A DNA stretch of 37,683 nucleotides from IMG/VR virus record IMGVR_UViG_3300014913_000004, positions 1-37,683 of that record. One strand, 5' to 3'. This document shows, in pieces, positions 1 to 6,446 of this stretch. Positions within the stretch are counted from its first letter, which is position 1. Each line of letters begins with the position of its first letter. The notes beneath the pieces are model-generated. The model did not search any database. It was not told the DNA's origin and saw only the letters and a list, made by a program, of their open reading frames with translations. The stretch is from a virus. The translations under genes and the position numbers were made by a program.

Positions 1-123
1 GTAAGGCTCTCGCTGGGAACTATTGTATTGGTAGCAATATCAATAACAGGATCTCTCACATGGGTAGCCAGAAGTGCTTGGGAGGCTTCGAGGGAGAAGT
101 CCGAACTCGTACACAGAATTGAA
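1..123. repeat. Terminal direct repeat, copy 1 (identical to 37561-37683)
   Basis: All 123 nt at the window start recur base-for-base at the window end (compared by eye). Confidence 0.95.
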
Positions 124-306
124 GACATTGAGGCTTGGAAGGTGGCTTATGAAACCTCGACAGAAAAATCGACAGCAGCACAAACAGAAGCGTTGAAGAT
201 TTTAGCAGCAGAGGTTCGTGGCTTGAGCAACAATATGATTGCGATAAACACTGTTTTGAAAATTTCTGATATAAAGTTTAATAACACTTCATCCTTTATT
301 CAATGA
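1..306 (+). CDS. 3' part of the same wrap-around TM plus coiled-coil gene (the track's TTG start at 28 is an artefact of linearisation)
   Basis: Position 1 is in frame with the ATG at 37537; stop TGA at 304-306. Confidence 0.6.
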   Translation, partial: VRLSLGTIVLVAISITGSLTWVARSAWEASREKSELVHRIEDIEAWKVAYETSTEKSTAAQTEALKILAAEVRGLSNNMIAINTVLKISDIKFNNTSSFIQ

Positions 307-479
307 GCACAAAAGAAAACACACTCCCAAAGCTTACTATCACCATTCCAAAAATAGTGATAAAGCTTCCAAAAATAGTAATTAAGAAGCCCGAACCCGA
401 AACAGAAAAAAAACCAGAACTCCCAAAAATAAAGAAAAAAGGTGTTCCAAGGAAGCGAAGTATGAGAAGATTAGTTTAA
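303..479 (+). CDS. 58-aa very basic Pro/Lys-rich protein, unknown function
   Basis: ATG at 303 overlaps the upstream stop (ATGA). Product MSTKENTLPKLTITIPKIVIKLPKIVIKKPEPETEKKPELPKIKKKGVPRKRSMRRLV with an internal LPKIVIK duplication. Below the ORF-track size cutoff. Confidence 0.45.
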   Translation: MSTKENTLPKLTITIPKIVIKLPKIVIKKPEPETEKKPELPKIKKKGVPRKRSMRRLV

Positions 480-496
480 TTTCTTAATCCAATAAC

Positions 497-739
497 ATGG
501 AATCATTAAAGCAAAAACTCGTTCGTCACGCTAAAAGTGCTGCTGTTACATTTTTTAGTACATTCGCACTTTCATTTTTTGTACTCCTTCAGGGAGTATT
601 GGAAGGTGGAGAGATCGTAATGACCTCCGCAATCCTTGTCTCATTGCTAACAAGTGCTGCACTTACAGCCTCTCGTGCAGTTGTAAAACTCATTACTGAG
701 AAATTGACAGAGGTGATTGCTAAAAGAAAATTACAATAA
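497..739 (+). CDS. Holin-like small membrane protein (two predicted TM helices, charged C-tail)
   Basis: 80 aa. Hydrophobic stretches AAVTFFSTFALSFFVLLQGVL and IVMTSAILVSLLTSAALTA, then KLITEKLTEVIAKRKLQ. Lies immediately upstream of a peptidase gene. Confidence 0.5.
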   Translation: MESLKQKLVRHAKSAAVTFFSTFALSFFVLLQGVLEGGEIVMTSAILVSLLTSAALTASRAVVKLITEKLTEVIAKRKLQ

Positions 740-743
740 AAAC

Positions 744-1451
744 ATGAAAGATTCTTTTATCGAATTCTGGTATTTAATTCGTGGGTACAGAAAACCGTCG
801 CTTTTGGGCGATGAAACCGAAAACACAAGAACTGTTAAATTTGGTACTGTTCCAATAAAGCCTCTCAACCAAAACGACCAGATTGATTTGTCTGCTGGGG
901 TTGAGGCAAGCCAAGGAAGGCATGGCTCTTGTGGTTGTACAACGCTTGCTGGTGGTATTTGCCAAGATAATGCGATACAGAAGACCAGAGACAAAAATCT
1001 TGAGGTCGACTGGCTCAAGGCATGGAACTCAATGATAAGCATGGGAATTGCACACGACAAAAGAGGAAGCCATTTAAGAGATAATCTTTGGTACGCTCAA
1101 GCTATTGGGTACGAAGATAATAAAGGCGGTACTTGGAAGGCTGATATTATAGAAAAAATATCACGGAGCGATTGCGAAAAATACATAAGAATGGGCTACC
1201 AAATTTACACAGGATCTCATTGTGGGTATCCGTTTTGTGATAAAAATTGGTTCTTCAATGTTGGGAAGAGGGATTTTGGGCATTGCTTTAGAAAAATTGG
1301 GTTGACTCTCTGGCAGAAATTGAAAGTTTGCTTGAACGAAACAACTTGGAAGAATTACGGATTTAAAAGGGAATCCCAGTTCTTTTCTTTCTTTGAGAAC
1401 GACGATAAATTGATGAGCTGCTATGTAATGACTTGGAAGAGGTACGAATGA
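744..1451 (+). CDS. Papain-like (clan CA) cysteine peptidase, candidate endolysin
   Basis: QGRHGSCGC has Q six residues before C, as in papain Q19/C25. Later come FGHCF, then LNETTWKNYG (His, then Asn 18 residues on, then Trp). ATG 744 follows the holin stop; the alternative ATG 717 overlaps the holin gene. Confidence 0.45.
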   Translation: MKDSFIEFWYLIRGYRKPSLLGDETENTRTVKFGTVPIKPLNQNDQIDLSAGVEASQGRHGSCGCTTLAGGICQDNAIQKTRDKNLEVDWLKAWNSMISMGIAHDKRGSHLRDNLWYAQAIGYEDNKGGTWKADIIEKISRSDCEKYIRMGYQIYTGSHCGYPFCDKNWFFNVGKRDFGHCFRKIGLTLWQKLKVCLNETTWKNYGFKRESQFFSFFENDDKLMSCYVMTWKRYE

Positions 1452-1774
1452 CACAATCTGAAGGCGAACTCGTTTTCTCTGCTCATTTGAAGCATGCAAA
1501 TATAAAATATGTAGCTGAGTACCAATTTTACGAAAAAAGGAAGTGGAGGGCTGATTTTGCATTGCTGGAGCATAAGATTTTGATTGAGATTGAGGGCGGT
1601 GTTTATTCAGGAGGAAGGCACACTCGTGGATCGGGTTTCGAGAAGGACTGCGAAAAATACAACATGGCTACTGCTCTTGGCTGGAAAGTTTTTCGGTTCA
1701 CCACAAAAAAAGTAATGAGCAATGAAGCCATTGAATTTATTGAGGGGTTTTTAAATGGTAACGCAAATTGTTAG
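1448..1774 (+). CDS. DUF559/Vsr-like PD-(D/E)xK endonuclease-fold protein
   Basis: WRADFALLEHKILIEIEGGVYSGGRHTRG...KDCEKYNMATALGWKVFRFT matches the D...ExE/K core and GW.V.RF tail of DUF559/Vsr-like nucleases. ATG 1448 overlaps the upstream stop (ATGA); alternative ATG at 1433. Confidence 0.55.
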   Translation: MTQSEGELVFSAHLKHANIKYVAEYQFYEKRKWRADFALLEHKILIEIEGGVYSGGRHTRGSGFEKDCEKYNMATALGWKVFRFTTKKVMSNEAIEFIEGFLNGNANC

Positions 1775-1884
1775 CCCAGCAGCACAAGCCCAGTAAATAG
1801 CCATTTTAAAGTCTCCATTCCATAAATATGTAATTGAGGCGAGAATGTCCAGTATTATGAGAACGATTGGGAATATTTTTTCCA

Positions 1885-2574
1885 TTAGAACATTGTTTCT
1901 TGGCTCAAGCGTTGGTTACAGTCTTTTACATACTCCTCTTCTGTTTCAACCAGAATAAAATCACAACCACACTTTTTAGCTGCGACGGCTGTTGTTCCGC
2001 TTCCAGCGAACCCATCAAAAATAACTGGTCGCTCGTTTCCTTCCTTTTTTCTCCAATCTTTCATTAAATAATTTTCCAGACACCAGACCATGAGTTCAAC
2101 TGGTTTTTGTGTTGGGTGCGTTTTGTCTATTGCACTTGAACCACCTTCGAGGTTTCCGTAATACCTGTAATTTACCTGCTTAGCCACCTTATCAAACGAA
2201 GTCCAAGCAAGCTCTCCATCGGAAAAATTTTCAACAGGGTTTCCCTTGTACCAAAATATAAACCCTTTACATCCTTTTTTCCACAGGCATGGGAAATAAT
2301 TACCACCCCAAATTATTTGATGTTTACTTATTCTTTGTATTTCATTGAAATATTCCTCGCTTGGAATATTGTCGTCCCAGTCGGAATTCTTGTATTTATT
2401 GGCTTTGTAACGCTCTCCGCTCTTTGTTTTGTTGGTTCTGTTGAATTCGCCAAAACCAATGCCGTAGGGCGGATCTGTTAAAACCAGATCGACAGAGTTA
2501 TCTGGAAGCTTTTTCATAACTTCAAGGCAGTCACCGTGTATTACTTTATTTAGATTCTCTTTTAAGTAGTTCAT
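1885..2574 (-). CDS. DNA methyltransferase, beta-class (motif IV before motif I), probably N6-adenine
   Basis: LVLTDPPYGIGF near the N-terminus and VIFDGFAGSGTTAVAAKK (AdoMet-binding FxGxG) near the C-terminus. Confidence 0.85.
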   Translation of the reverse strand: MNYLKENLNKVIHGDCLEVMKKLPDNSVDLVLTDPPYGIGFGEFNRTNKTKSGERYKANKYKNSDWDDNIPSEEYFNEIQRISKHQIIWGGNYFPCLWKKGCKGFIFWYKGNPVENFSDGELAWTSFDKVAKQVNYRYYGNLEGGSSAIDKTHPTQKPVELMVWCLENYLMKDWRKKEGNERPVIFDGFAGSGTTAVAAKKCGCDFILVETEEEYVKDCNQRLSQETMF

Positions 2575-2670
2575 TTTGTAAGCGGATTATTTTTAAAATA
2601 AGTTTATCTTTATCCCACAAGAGCATTCGCTTTTGTTTTTTTGTTAGCCGAGAGTGATCAAGTTTTGTGT

Positions 2671-2904
2671 TCATTCTTCACCAATGTAACGAAACCTTTT
2701 AATCATCTCGATATTAAAATTGTGCAACACCATACAGGAGCGTTGTTCATCTTTTTTGTTCGGAACTGGAACTGGTTTTCTATTCTTCCACTGCTTCGTA
2801 GCTTCCCTTGCCTCATCTTCCGTCACCTTTACACATTCGTACTTGTCTCCAACTTTGTAGTGGATTTCATGTGTTGTAACCGCAGTCAATAACTCATTGC
2901 CCAT
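2671..2904 (-). CDS. 77-aa hypothetical protein
   Basis: ATG at 2904 shares one base with the upstream stop (TAATG on the minus strand). The longer 98-aa track version would overlap the upstream gene. Confidence 0.5.
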   Translation of the reverse strand: MGNELLTAVTTHEIHYKVGDKYECVKVTEDEAREATKQWKNRKPVPVPNKKDEQRSCMVLHNFNIEMIKRFRYIGEE

Positions 2905-3650
2905 TAGAATTTGTGATTTATTTCTTCTTCTTTTTTTCCAAACGATTTCCAAGATTTTGAGAACCAAGTAATCAGCCTTCTTTTAACATCGAAAGTTTTT
3001 TCTGTTTCCCAGCGAACCTTCTTTCCAGATTTTGTCGGTTCAGTCCAATAGTTCACGAACTTAGAAATTTCGGCGGAACATTCTTCTCTTGAAATTTTGT
3101 ATTCACCAATAAAATAAGAAATTGTTTTTTCTTGTAATTCTTTATTACTAAAAAATTCCTTATTCACTTCTGAGGGTGTGGGCGATTTTTCGCCCTCTTC
3201 TTTCTTTATTTCTTTAGTTTCTTTATTTTCTTTATATATATCGGACTTGGTGTCCAACAACTTTCCCACAACTTTCTCACAACTTTCCTCAATGTGTCCA
3301 ACGGGTAGGTTGTTATTCTCAAGCCAAATAGTCATTTTTTCATATTTCCCACTGGAGGTTCTGCCCTGTTTTCCTATTTTAATTATTTTTAGTTTTTCTA
3401 ACTCAGGAAGGTAACGCTGGACTGTTTTTTCAGAGACACTTGCGAATCTCGCAATATCAAATTTATAACATTCGATTTCTGGTGTATTTTTCTGTTTTGC
3501 CGAGAAAGAACAAATTGCAATATAAATAAGTTTGCAACCAGCCTGTTGTTTAAATGGTAGGGACTCTATTTTTTCCATAGCCCCTTTCTCATACCATCCG
3601 AATAAGCCGAGTTTTATATTTCTAGGCATGGTATTGGTGGTAAACGGCAA
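2904..3650 (-). CDS. Winged-helix DNA-binding protein, possible replication initiator or regulator
   Basis: FDIARFASVSEKTVQRYLPELEKLKIIKI is HTH/wHTH-like. There is a Lys/Glu linker, and a C-terminal FVNYWTEPTKSGKKVRWETEKTFDVKRRLITW motif seen in phage replication-organiser-type proteins (from memory). Alternative start at 3629. Confidence 0.5.
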   Translation of the reverse strand: MPFTTNTMPRNIKLGLFGWYEKGAMEKIESLPFKQQAGCKLIYIAICSFSAKQKNTPEIECYKFDIARFASVSEKTVQRYLPELEKLKIIKIGKQGRTSSGKYEKMTIWLENNNLPVGHIEESCEKVVGKLLDTKSDIYKENKETKEIKKEEGEKSPTPSEVNKEFFSNKELQEKTISYFIGEYKISREECSAEISKFVNYWTEPTKSGKKVRWETEKTFDVKRRLITWFSKSWKSFGKKEEEINHKF

Positions 3651-3930
3651 ACCTTGTTAGGTTTTTAAAATCGATAAATTCTTTTCTAAACCACTCAAGT
3701 CTATGTCTGTGTTTTTTGTATTTTCTGTGAAGATTTCTCTCGATCCTTTTTGCGTTATGAAAGTCTCTTGCGTACAAAACTTTTAAAGGGAATGGGTTTC
3801 CTGTTTGAAAGGTTTTTATTCTTTTTTGTAAATTATCAGTAACACCAATTTTCACAAATTCCCCGCACTGTATAAGATACAAAATGCTTTTGAAATTATT
3901 TTCTGAAACAAGGATAGAAAGTTTTTCCAT
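3622..3930 (-). CDS. T5orf172 / GIY-YIG-like (MUG113-type) domain protein
   Basis: ILYLIQCGEFVKIGVTDNLQKRIKTFQTGNPFPLKVLY...RIERNLHRKYKKHRHRLEWF fits the T5orf172 pattern. ATG 3930 is preferred over the GTG at 3969. Confidence 0.6.
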   Translation of the reverse strand: MEKLSILVSENNFKSILYLIQCGEFVKIGVTDNLQKRIKTFQTGNPFPLKVLYARDFHNAKRIERNLHRKYKKHRHRLEWFRKEFIDFKNLTRFAVYHQYHA

Positions 3931-3965
3931 TATAGGTTTTATTTCCAACTCCCCCACACCAAAAG

Positions 3966-4017
3966 GCACGACCCATAAGGTAGGGGGGAACTGGAAACAT
4001 TAAAAGATGAGTCGTGC
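3966..4017. promoter_or_regulatory. Imperfect 11-bp inverted repeat (GCACGACCCAT ... ATGAGTCGTGC): candidate operator or leader hairpin in the divergent control region
   Basis: Arms at 3966-3976 and 4007-4017, 10/11 complementary, 30-nt spacer. Lies between the leftward promoter and the first leftward gene. Confidence 0.35.
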
Positions 4018-4027
4018 ATGGGGCGAC

Positions 4028-4055
4028 ACCGTAGCAAATTTTCGTTGCCTGTCAA
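4028..4055 (-). promoter_or_regulatory. Leftward sigma70-like promoter (TTGACA, 16 nt, TACGGT)
   Basis: On the minus strand: TTGACA (4055-4050), 16-nt spacer, TACGGT (4033-4028). Confidence 0.4.
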
Positions 4056-4063
4056 GAAAATGT

Positions 4064-4091
4064 TTGCTTTTTTTAAGGTTGGGTGTATTCT
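4064..4091 (+). promoter_or_regulatory. Rightward early promoter (TTGCTT, 16 nt, TATTCT)
   Basis: TTGCTT 4064-4069 and TATTCT 4086-4091, preceded by GGGTG as at 19561. Sits 8 bp from the leftward -35 element (back-to-back arrangement). Confidence 0.4.
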
Positions 4092-4112
4092 GTTGGTGCT
4101 TAATAAAAAAAT

Positions 4113-4373
4113 ATGCAAGAACAAATCAATTTCGACGACTGGATGAAGGAAACAAATATGAGTAATAAAAAACTTGTAAGAGCTTTTCAAGAAGAATGTG
4201 GATTAAAGATTTTTTCCGCAACCGTTTCTGAATGGCGAAACGGAAGATGTCCACGCTGGACGAAGTATGTGGACGCATTGGAGAAGATTACTGGAATGAA
4301 GATCCGTCAGTTTAAGTTTGAAAAAAAGGAAGATAAAAAGACCAATTTCAATTTAAACCAAAAAAAAACTTGA
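4113..4373 (+). CDS. Cro/XRE-like small HTH regulator
   Basis: 86 aa. MSNKKLVRAFQEECGLKIFSATVSEWRNG is helix-turn-helix-like. First gene of the rightward arm, divergent from the wHTH block. Confidence 0.5.
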   Translation: MQEQINFDDWMKETNMSNKKLVRAFQEECGLKIFSATVSEWRNGRCPRWTKYVDALEKITGMKIRQFKFEKKEDKKTNFNLNQKKT

Positions 4374-4397
4374 CTTGAAACCTGACAGGGGTATAAT
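4370..4397 (+). promoter_or_regulatory. Near-consensus sigma70 promoter (TTGACT, 16 nt, TATAAT) with upstream A8 tract
   Basis: AAAAAAAACTTGACT at 4361-4375; TATAAT at 4392-4397. Confidence 0.6.
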
Positions 4398-4420
4398 GAG
4401 TGTGATTTAATTATTACACC

Positions 4421-4582
4421 ATGACAAAGAAATACCCATACATTCCAACAGATCCTTTTATTGGTTGCCGAAGGGATGGTCCATACGGAGAAGAATTTAC
4501 ATTGAAAGAGAAGCTTTTGATAATCGCAGCATTTCTTATTTGGACGGCGGTATTTTTAACTCCGCATTTTATTTATTCTTAA
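4421..4582 (+). CDS. 53-aa protein with a C-terminal TM helix
   Basis: MTKKYPYIPTDPFIGCRRDGPYGEEFTLKEKLLIIAAFLIWTAVFLTPHFIYS. ATG lies 24 nt after the -10 element. Below the track cutoff. Confidence 0.5.
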   Translation: MTKKYPYIPTDPFIGCRRDGPYGEEFTLKEKLLIIAAFLIWTAVFLTPHFIYS

Positions 4583-4616
4583 AACCCTTCTCCTTGAAGT
4601 AAAAGAGGGAATACAA
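4578..4616 (+). repeat. 39-bp direct repeat, copy A
   Basis: CTTAAAACCCTTCTCCTTGAAGTAAAAGAGGGAATACAA; 38/39 identical to 5196-5234. Confidence 0.9.
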
Positions 4617-4640
4617 ACTAATTACTAATTTACTACTACT

Positions 4641-5009
4641 ATGACTAACAAGTCAATCGTAATCGATGGGATAGAGTACATCCCAGCAGACGAAGCCATC
4701 AAGGTGGATGCAAAAAAACTCAAAGGCATGAAATATGTCATTGTCCGTACTTACTCGGCAGGTGTTCACGCTGGATACTTAGAGAAAAAGATAGGACAGA
4801 ATGTAATCCTAAAGAACGCTCGAAGACTGTGGTATTGGGATGGTGCTTCAACTTTATCACAGCTCGCTATGGAAGGAGTTTCTAAACCAGAAAATTGTAA
4901 ATTCCCTTGTGAGGTAGATACAATCGAACTCGACCAATGTATTGAAGTAATCGATTGTAAAAAGAAAGCACAGGACTCTATAAACCTTGTAAAAATATGG
5001 AAACAATAA
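4641..5009 (+). CDS. Conserved phage protein of unknown function (resembles the family I recall as DUF6948)
   Basis: YVIVRTYSAGVHAGYLEKK...ILKNARRLWYWDGASTLSQLAMEG matches a widespread phage motif (R.YSAGVH.G...L.NARR.W.W.GA.TLS.LA). From memory, unverified. Confidence 0.55.
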   Translation: MTNKSIVIDGIEYIPADEAIKVDAKKLKGMKYVIVRTYSAGVHAGYLEKKIGQNVILKNARRLWYWDGASTLSQLAMEGVSKPENCKFPCEVDTIELDQCIEVIDCKKKAQDSINLVKIWKQ

Positions 5010-5188
5010 CAAAACTACAAATGAGTGGCTCTGGCGATGGCTCTGGCTATGGCGATGGCTCTGGCGATGGCTATGGCTCTGGCTATGGCTCTGGCTATGG
5101 CTCTGGCGATGGCTCTGGCTCTGGCGATGGCTCTGGCTCTGGCTATGGCTCTGGCGATGGCTCTGGCGATGGCTCTGGCGATGGTTAA
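4997..5188 (+). CDS. Low-complexity (Gly-Ser/Asp/Tyr)n repeat peptide
   Basis: METITKLQMSGSGDGSGYGDGSGDGYGSGYGSGYGSGDGSGSGDGSGSGYGSGDGSGDGSGDG. From residue 10 on only G, S, D and Y occur. Alternative start ATG 5021. Coding status is uncertain because all three sense frames are open. Confidence 0.4.
   Translation: METITKLQMSGSGDGSGYGDGSGDGYGSGYGSGYGSGDGSGSGDGSGSGYGSGDGSGDGSGDG
5027..5184. repeat. Tandem hexamer array (GGCTCT / GGCGAT / GGCTAT), about 26 units
   Basis: Perfect 6-nt periodicity is visible in the raw sequence. Confidence 0.95.
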
Positions 5189-5195
5189 TATATTA

Positions 5196-5234
5196 CTTAA
5201 AACCCTTCTCCTCGAAGTAAAAGAGGGAATACAA
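5196..5234 (+). repeat. 39-bp direct repeat, copy B
   Basis: CTTAAAACCCTTCTCCTCGAAGTAAAAGAGGGAATACAA. Ends 1 nt before ATG 5236, so its AGAGGGA could serve as an SD here. Confidence 0.9.
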
Positions 5235-5235
5235 T

Positions 5236-6018
5236 ATGGACAAGGGAAAAATCGGATACATGAAGGACGGGCAGAAAGTTTTTATAGAAAGAAAGCTGGA
5301 TGACGGATATTTAATAAGGAAGTATTGTGTTTACTATGACTACGATGGTAACGAAGAGGAAGAGCTTTTAAATGAAGTCCTCTTTGTGAAAGAACTTTTA
5401 AAAACCCCGCCACTCGAAAAATATGAAGCAGATATTTCAACTAAAAGGAGAGAAGTTTCGGTGTTGAAAGAAGAGATTTTAAAACTAAAGCAGGAAAAAG
5501 TGGTTGTTGCTGGCGAAATAAAAAAGCTATCAGAACAAAAAACAGATGTAAATAAAGGGGTGATAGTTTTAGATGATATTTGCAAAAAAGAAATGATTGC
5601 CATCAGTCGTGATGGGGGAATCAATAATGTTAAAGATTTCGACTTGTATAAAGAAAGGTATTCTATAAAAAAAGTTTGGGGAGGTGGTTTGATTTTTTCA
5701 AAAGACGGGGGACAGGGAAGTTCCTACGACCAAGACTATACTGTGTTTTTTGCAGATCAGGTTGAAAAGATTGTTGACCACCTTATTGAACTTGTAGAAA
5801 GGAAGGATGGCTTTTTTGGTGTTTGTTATGGCTTGTGTGACTTCAGTAGAATACCAACAAAATACAAGACCAAAAGATTGCTACAAAAAAAGAAGGAATT
5901 TGAAATAAAGGAGAACAAGAAAGCTATTAAAAGTAACGAATACAATCTTTCGGACGCAAAAAAGAGAGTTGAACAACTAGAGAAACAGAAAATTAAATTA
6001 TCAAATTTCAACTCCTAA
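5236..6018 (+). CDS. 260-aa hypothetical protein with a central coiled coil
   Basis: Long ORF. SD-like AAGAGGGAA 7-8 nt upstream. Heptad-rich segments (EVSVLKEEILKLKQEK; KKRVEQLEKQKIKL). Confidence 0.7.
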   Translation: MDKGKIGYMKDGQKVFIERKLDDGYLIRKYCVYYDYDGNEEEELLNEVLFVKELLKTPPLEKYEADISTKRREVSVLKEEILKLKQEKVVVAGEIKKLSEQKTDVNKGVIVLDDICKKEMIAISRDGGINNVKDFDLYKERYSIKKVWGGGLIFSKDGGQGSSYDQDYTVFFADQVEKIVDHLIELVERKDGFFGVCYGLCDFSRIPTKYKTKRLLQKKKEFEIKENKKAIKSNEYNLSDAKKRVEQLEKQKIKLSNFNS

Positions 6019-6039
6019 CCACCCCACAGGGTAAATAAC

Positions 6040-6360
6040 ATGGGCTACATTCAACACCACGCAATAATCGTTACCTCGCTGAAGTCCGAAATAGGAAGGG
6101 CTCATCGGCAGGCTAAGGACATATTTAAGTCCGTTGGGGCTATAAGAAAAAGCCCTTGTAATGGGTATAGTTCGTTTTTTATTCCGCCAGACGGAAGTAA
6201 GGAGGGCTGGGCTTCTTCAGACGAGGGGAACAACTGGAGAAGGAAATTTATCGGCTGGCTGGAAAGCCAAGCGTACAAAGACGGAAGCAATATCTTTAAA
6301 TATGTTGAAGTTATGTACGGAGACGACGAAGGACAGGCTGAAGTAACAAACCACAATTAA
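6040..6360 (+). CDS. 106-aa hypothetical protein
   Basis: ORF with balanced composition, in the same orientation as its neighbours. Confidence 0.6.
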   Translation: MGYIQHHAIIVTSLKSEIGRAHRQAKDIFKSVGAIRKSPCNGYSSFFIPPDGSKEGWASSDEGNNWRRKFIGWLESQAYKDGSNIFKYVEVMYGDDEGQAEVTNHN

Positions 6361-6446
6361 ATGATATCTGACCAATGGGAAACGAACTACGACAGAGTCG
6401 CTAACGACTTCGACGGTGATATTGAAGAACTTAATCAATCCGAAGA

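Noticed and set aside
303-479. o-spanin (Rz1-like) overlapping the TM plus coiled-coil gene
   Set aside because: The product has no cysteine, so it has no lipobox. The ORF only abuts the upstream gene rather than being embedded in it.
717-743. Upstream ATG 717 as the start of the peptidase gene
   Set aside because: It would overlap the holin gene by 23 nt. ATG 744, 5 nt after the holin stop, is more parsimonious, though 717 cannot be excluded.
3939-4190. 83-aa minus-strand ORF spanning the divergent control region
   Set aside because: It overlaps both promoters and the start of the Cro-like gene, has implausible composition, and uses the regulatory inverted repeat as coding sequence.
5027-5184. 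Possible CRISPR array
   Set aside because: The unit is 6 nt with no unique spacers. It is a simple tandem repeat, and there are no cas genes.
5025-5303. 92-aa ORF reading MALAMALAM... through the hexamer array
   Set aside because: It is an alternative frame of the same 6-nt repeat. It runs through the 39-bp repeat and into the 5236 gene in a different frame. No independent support.
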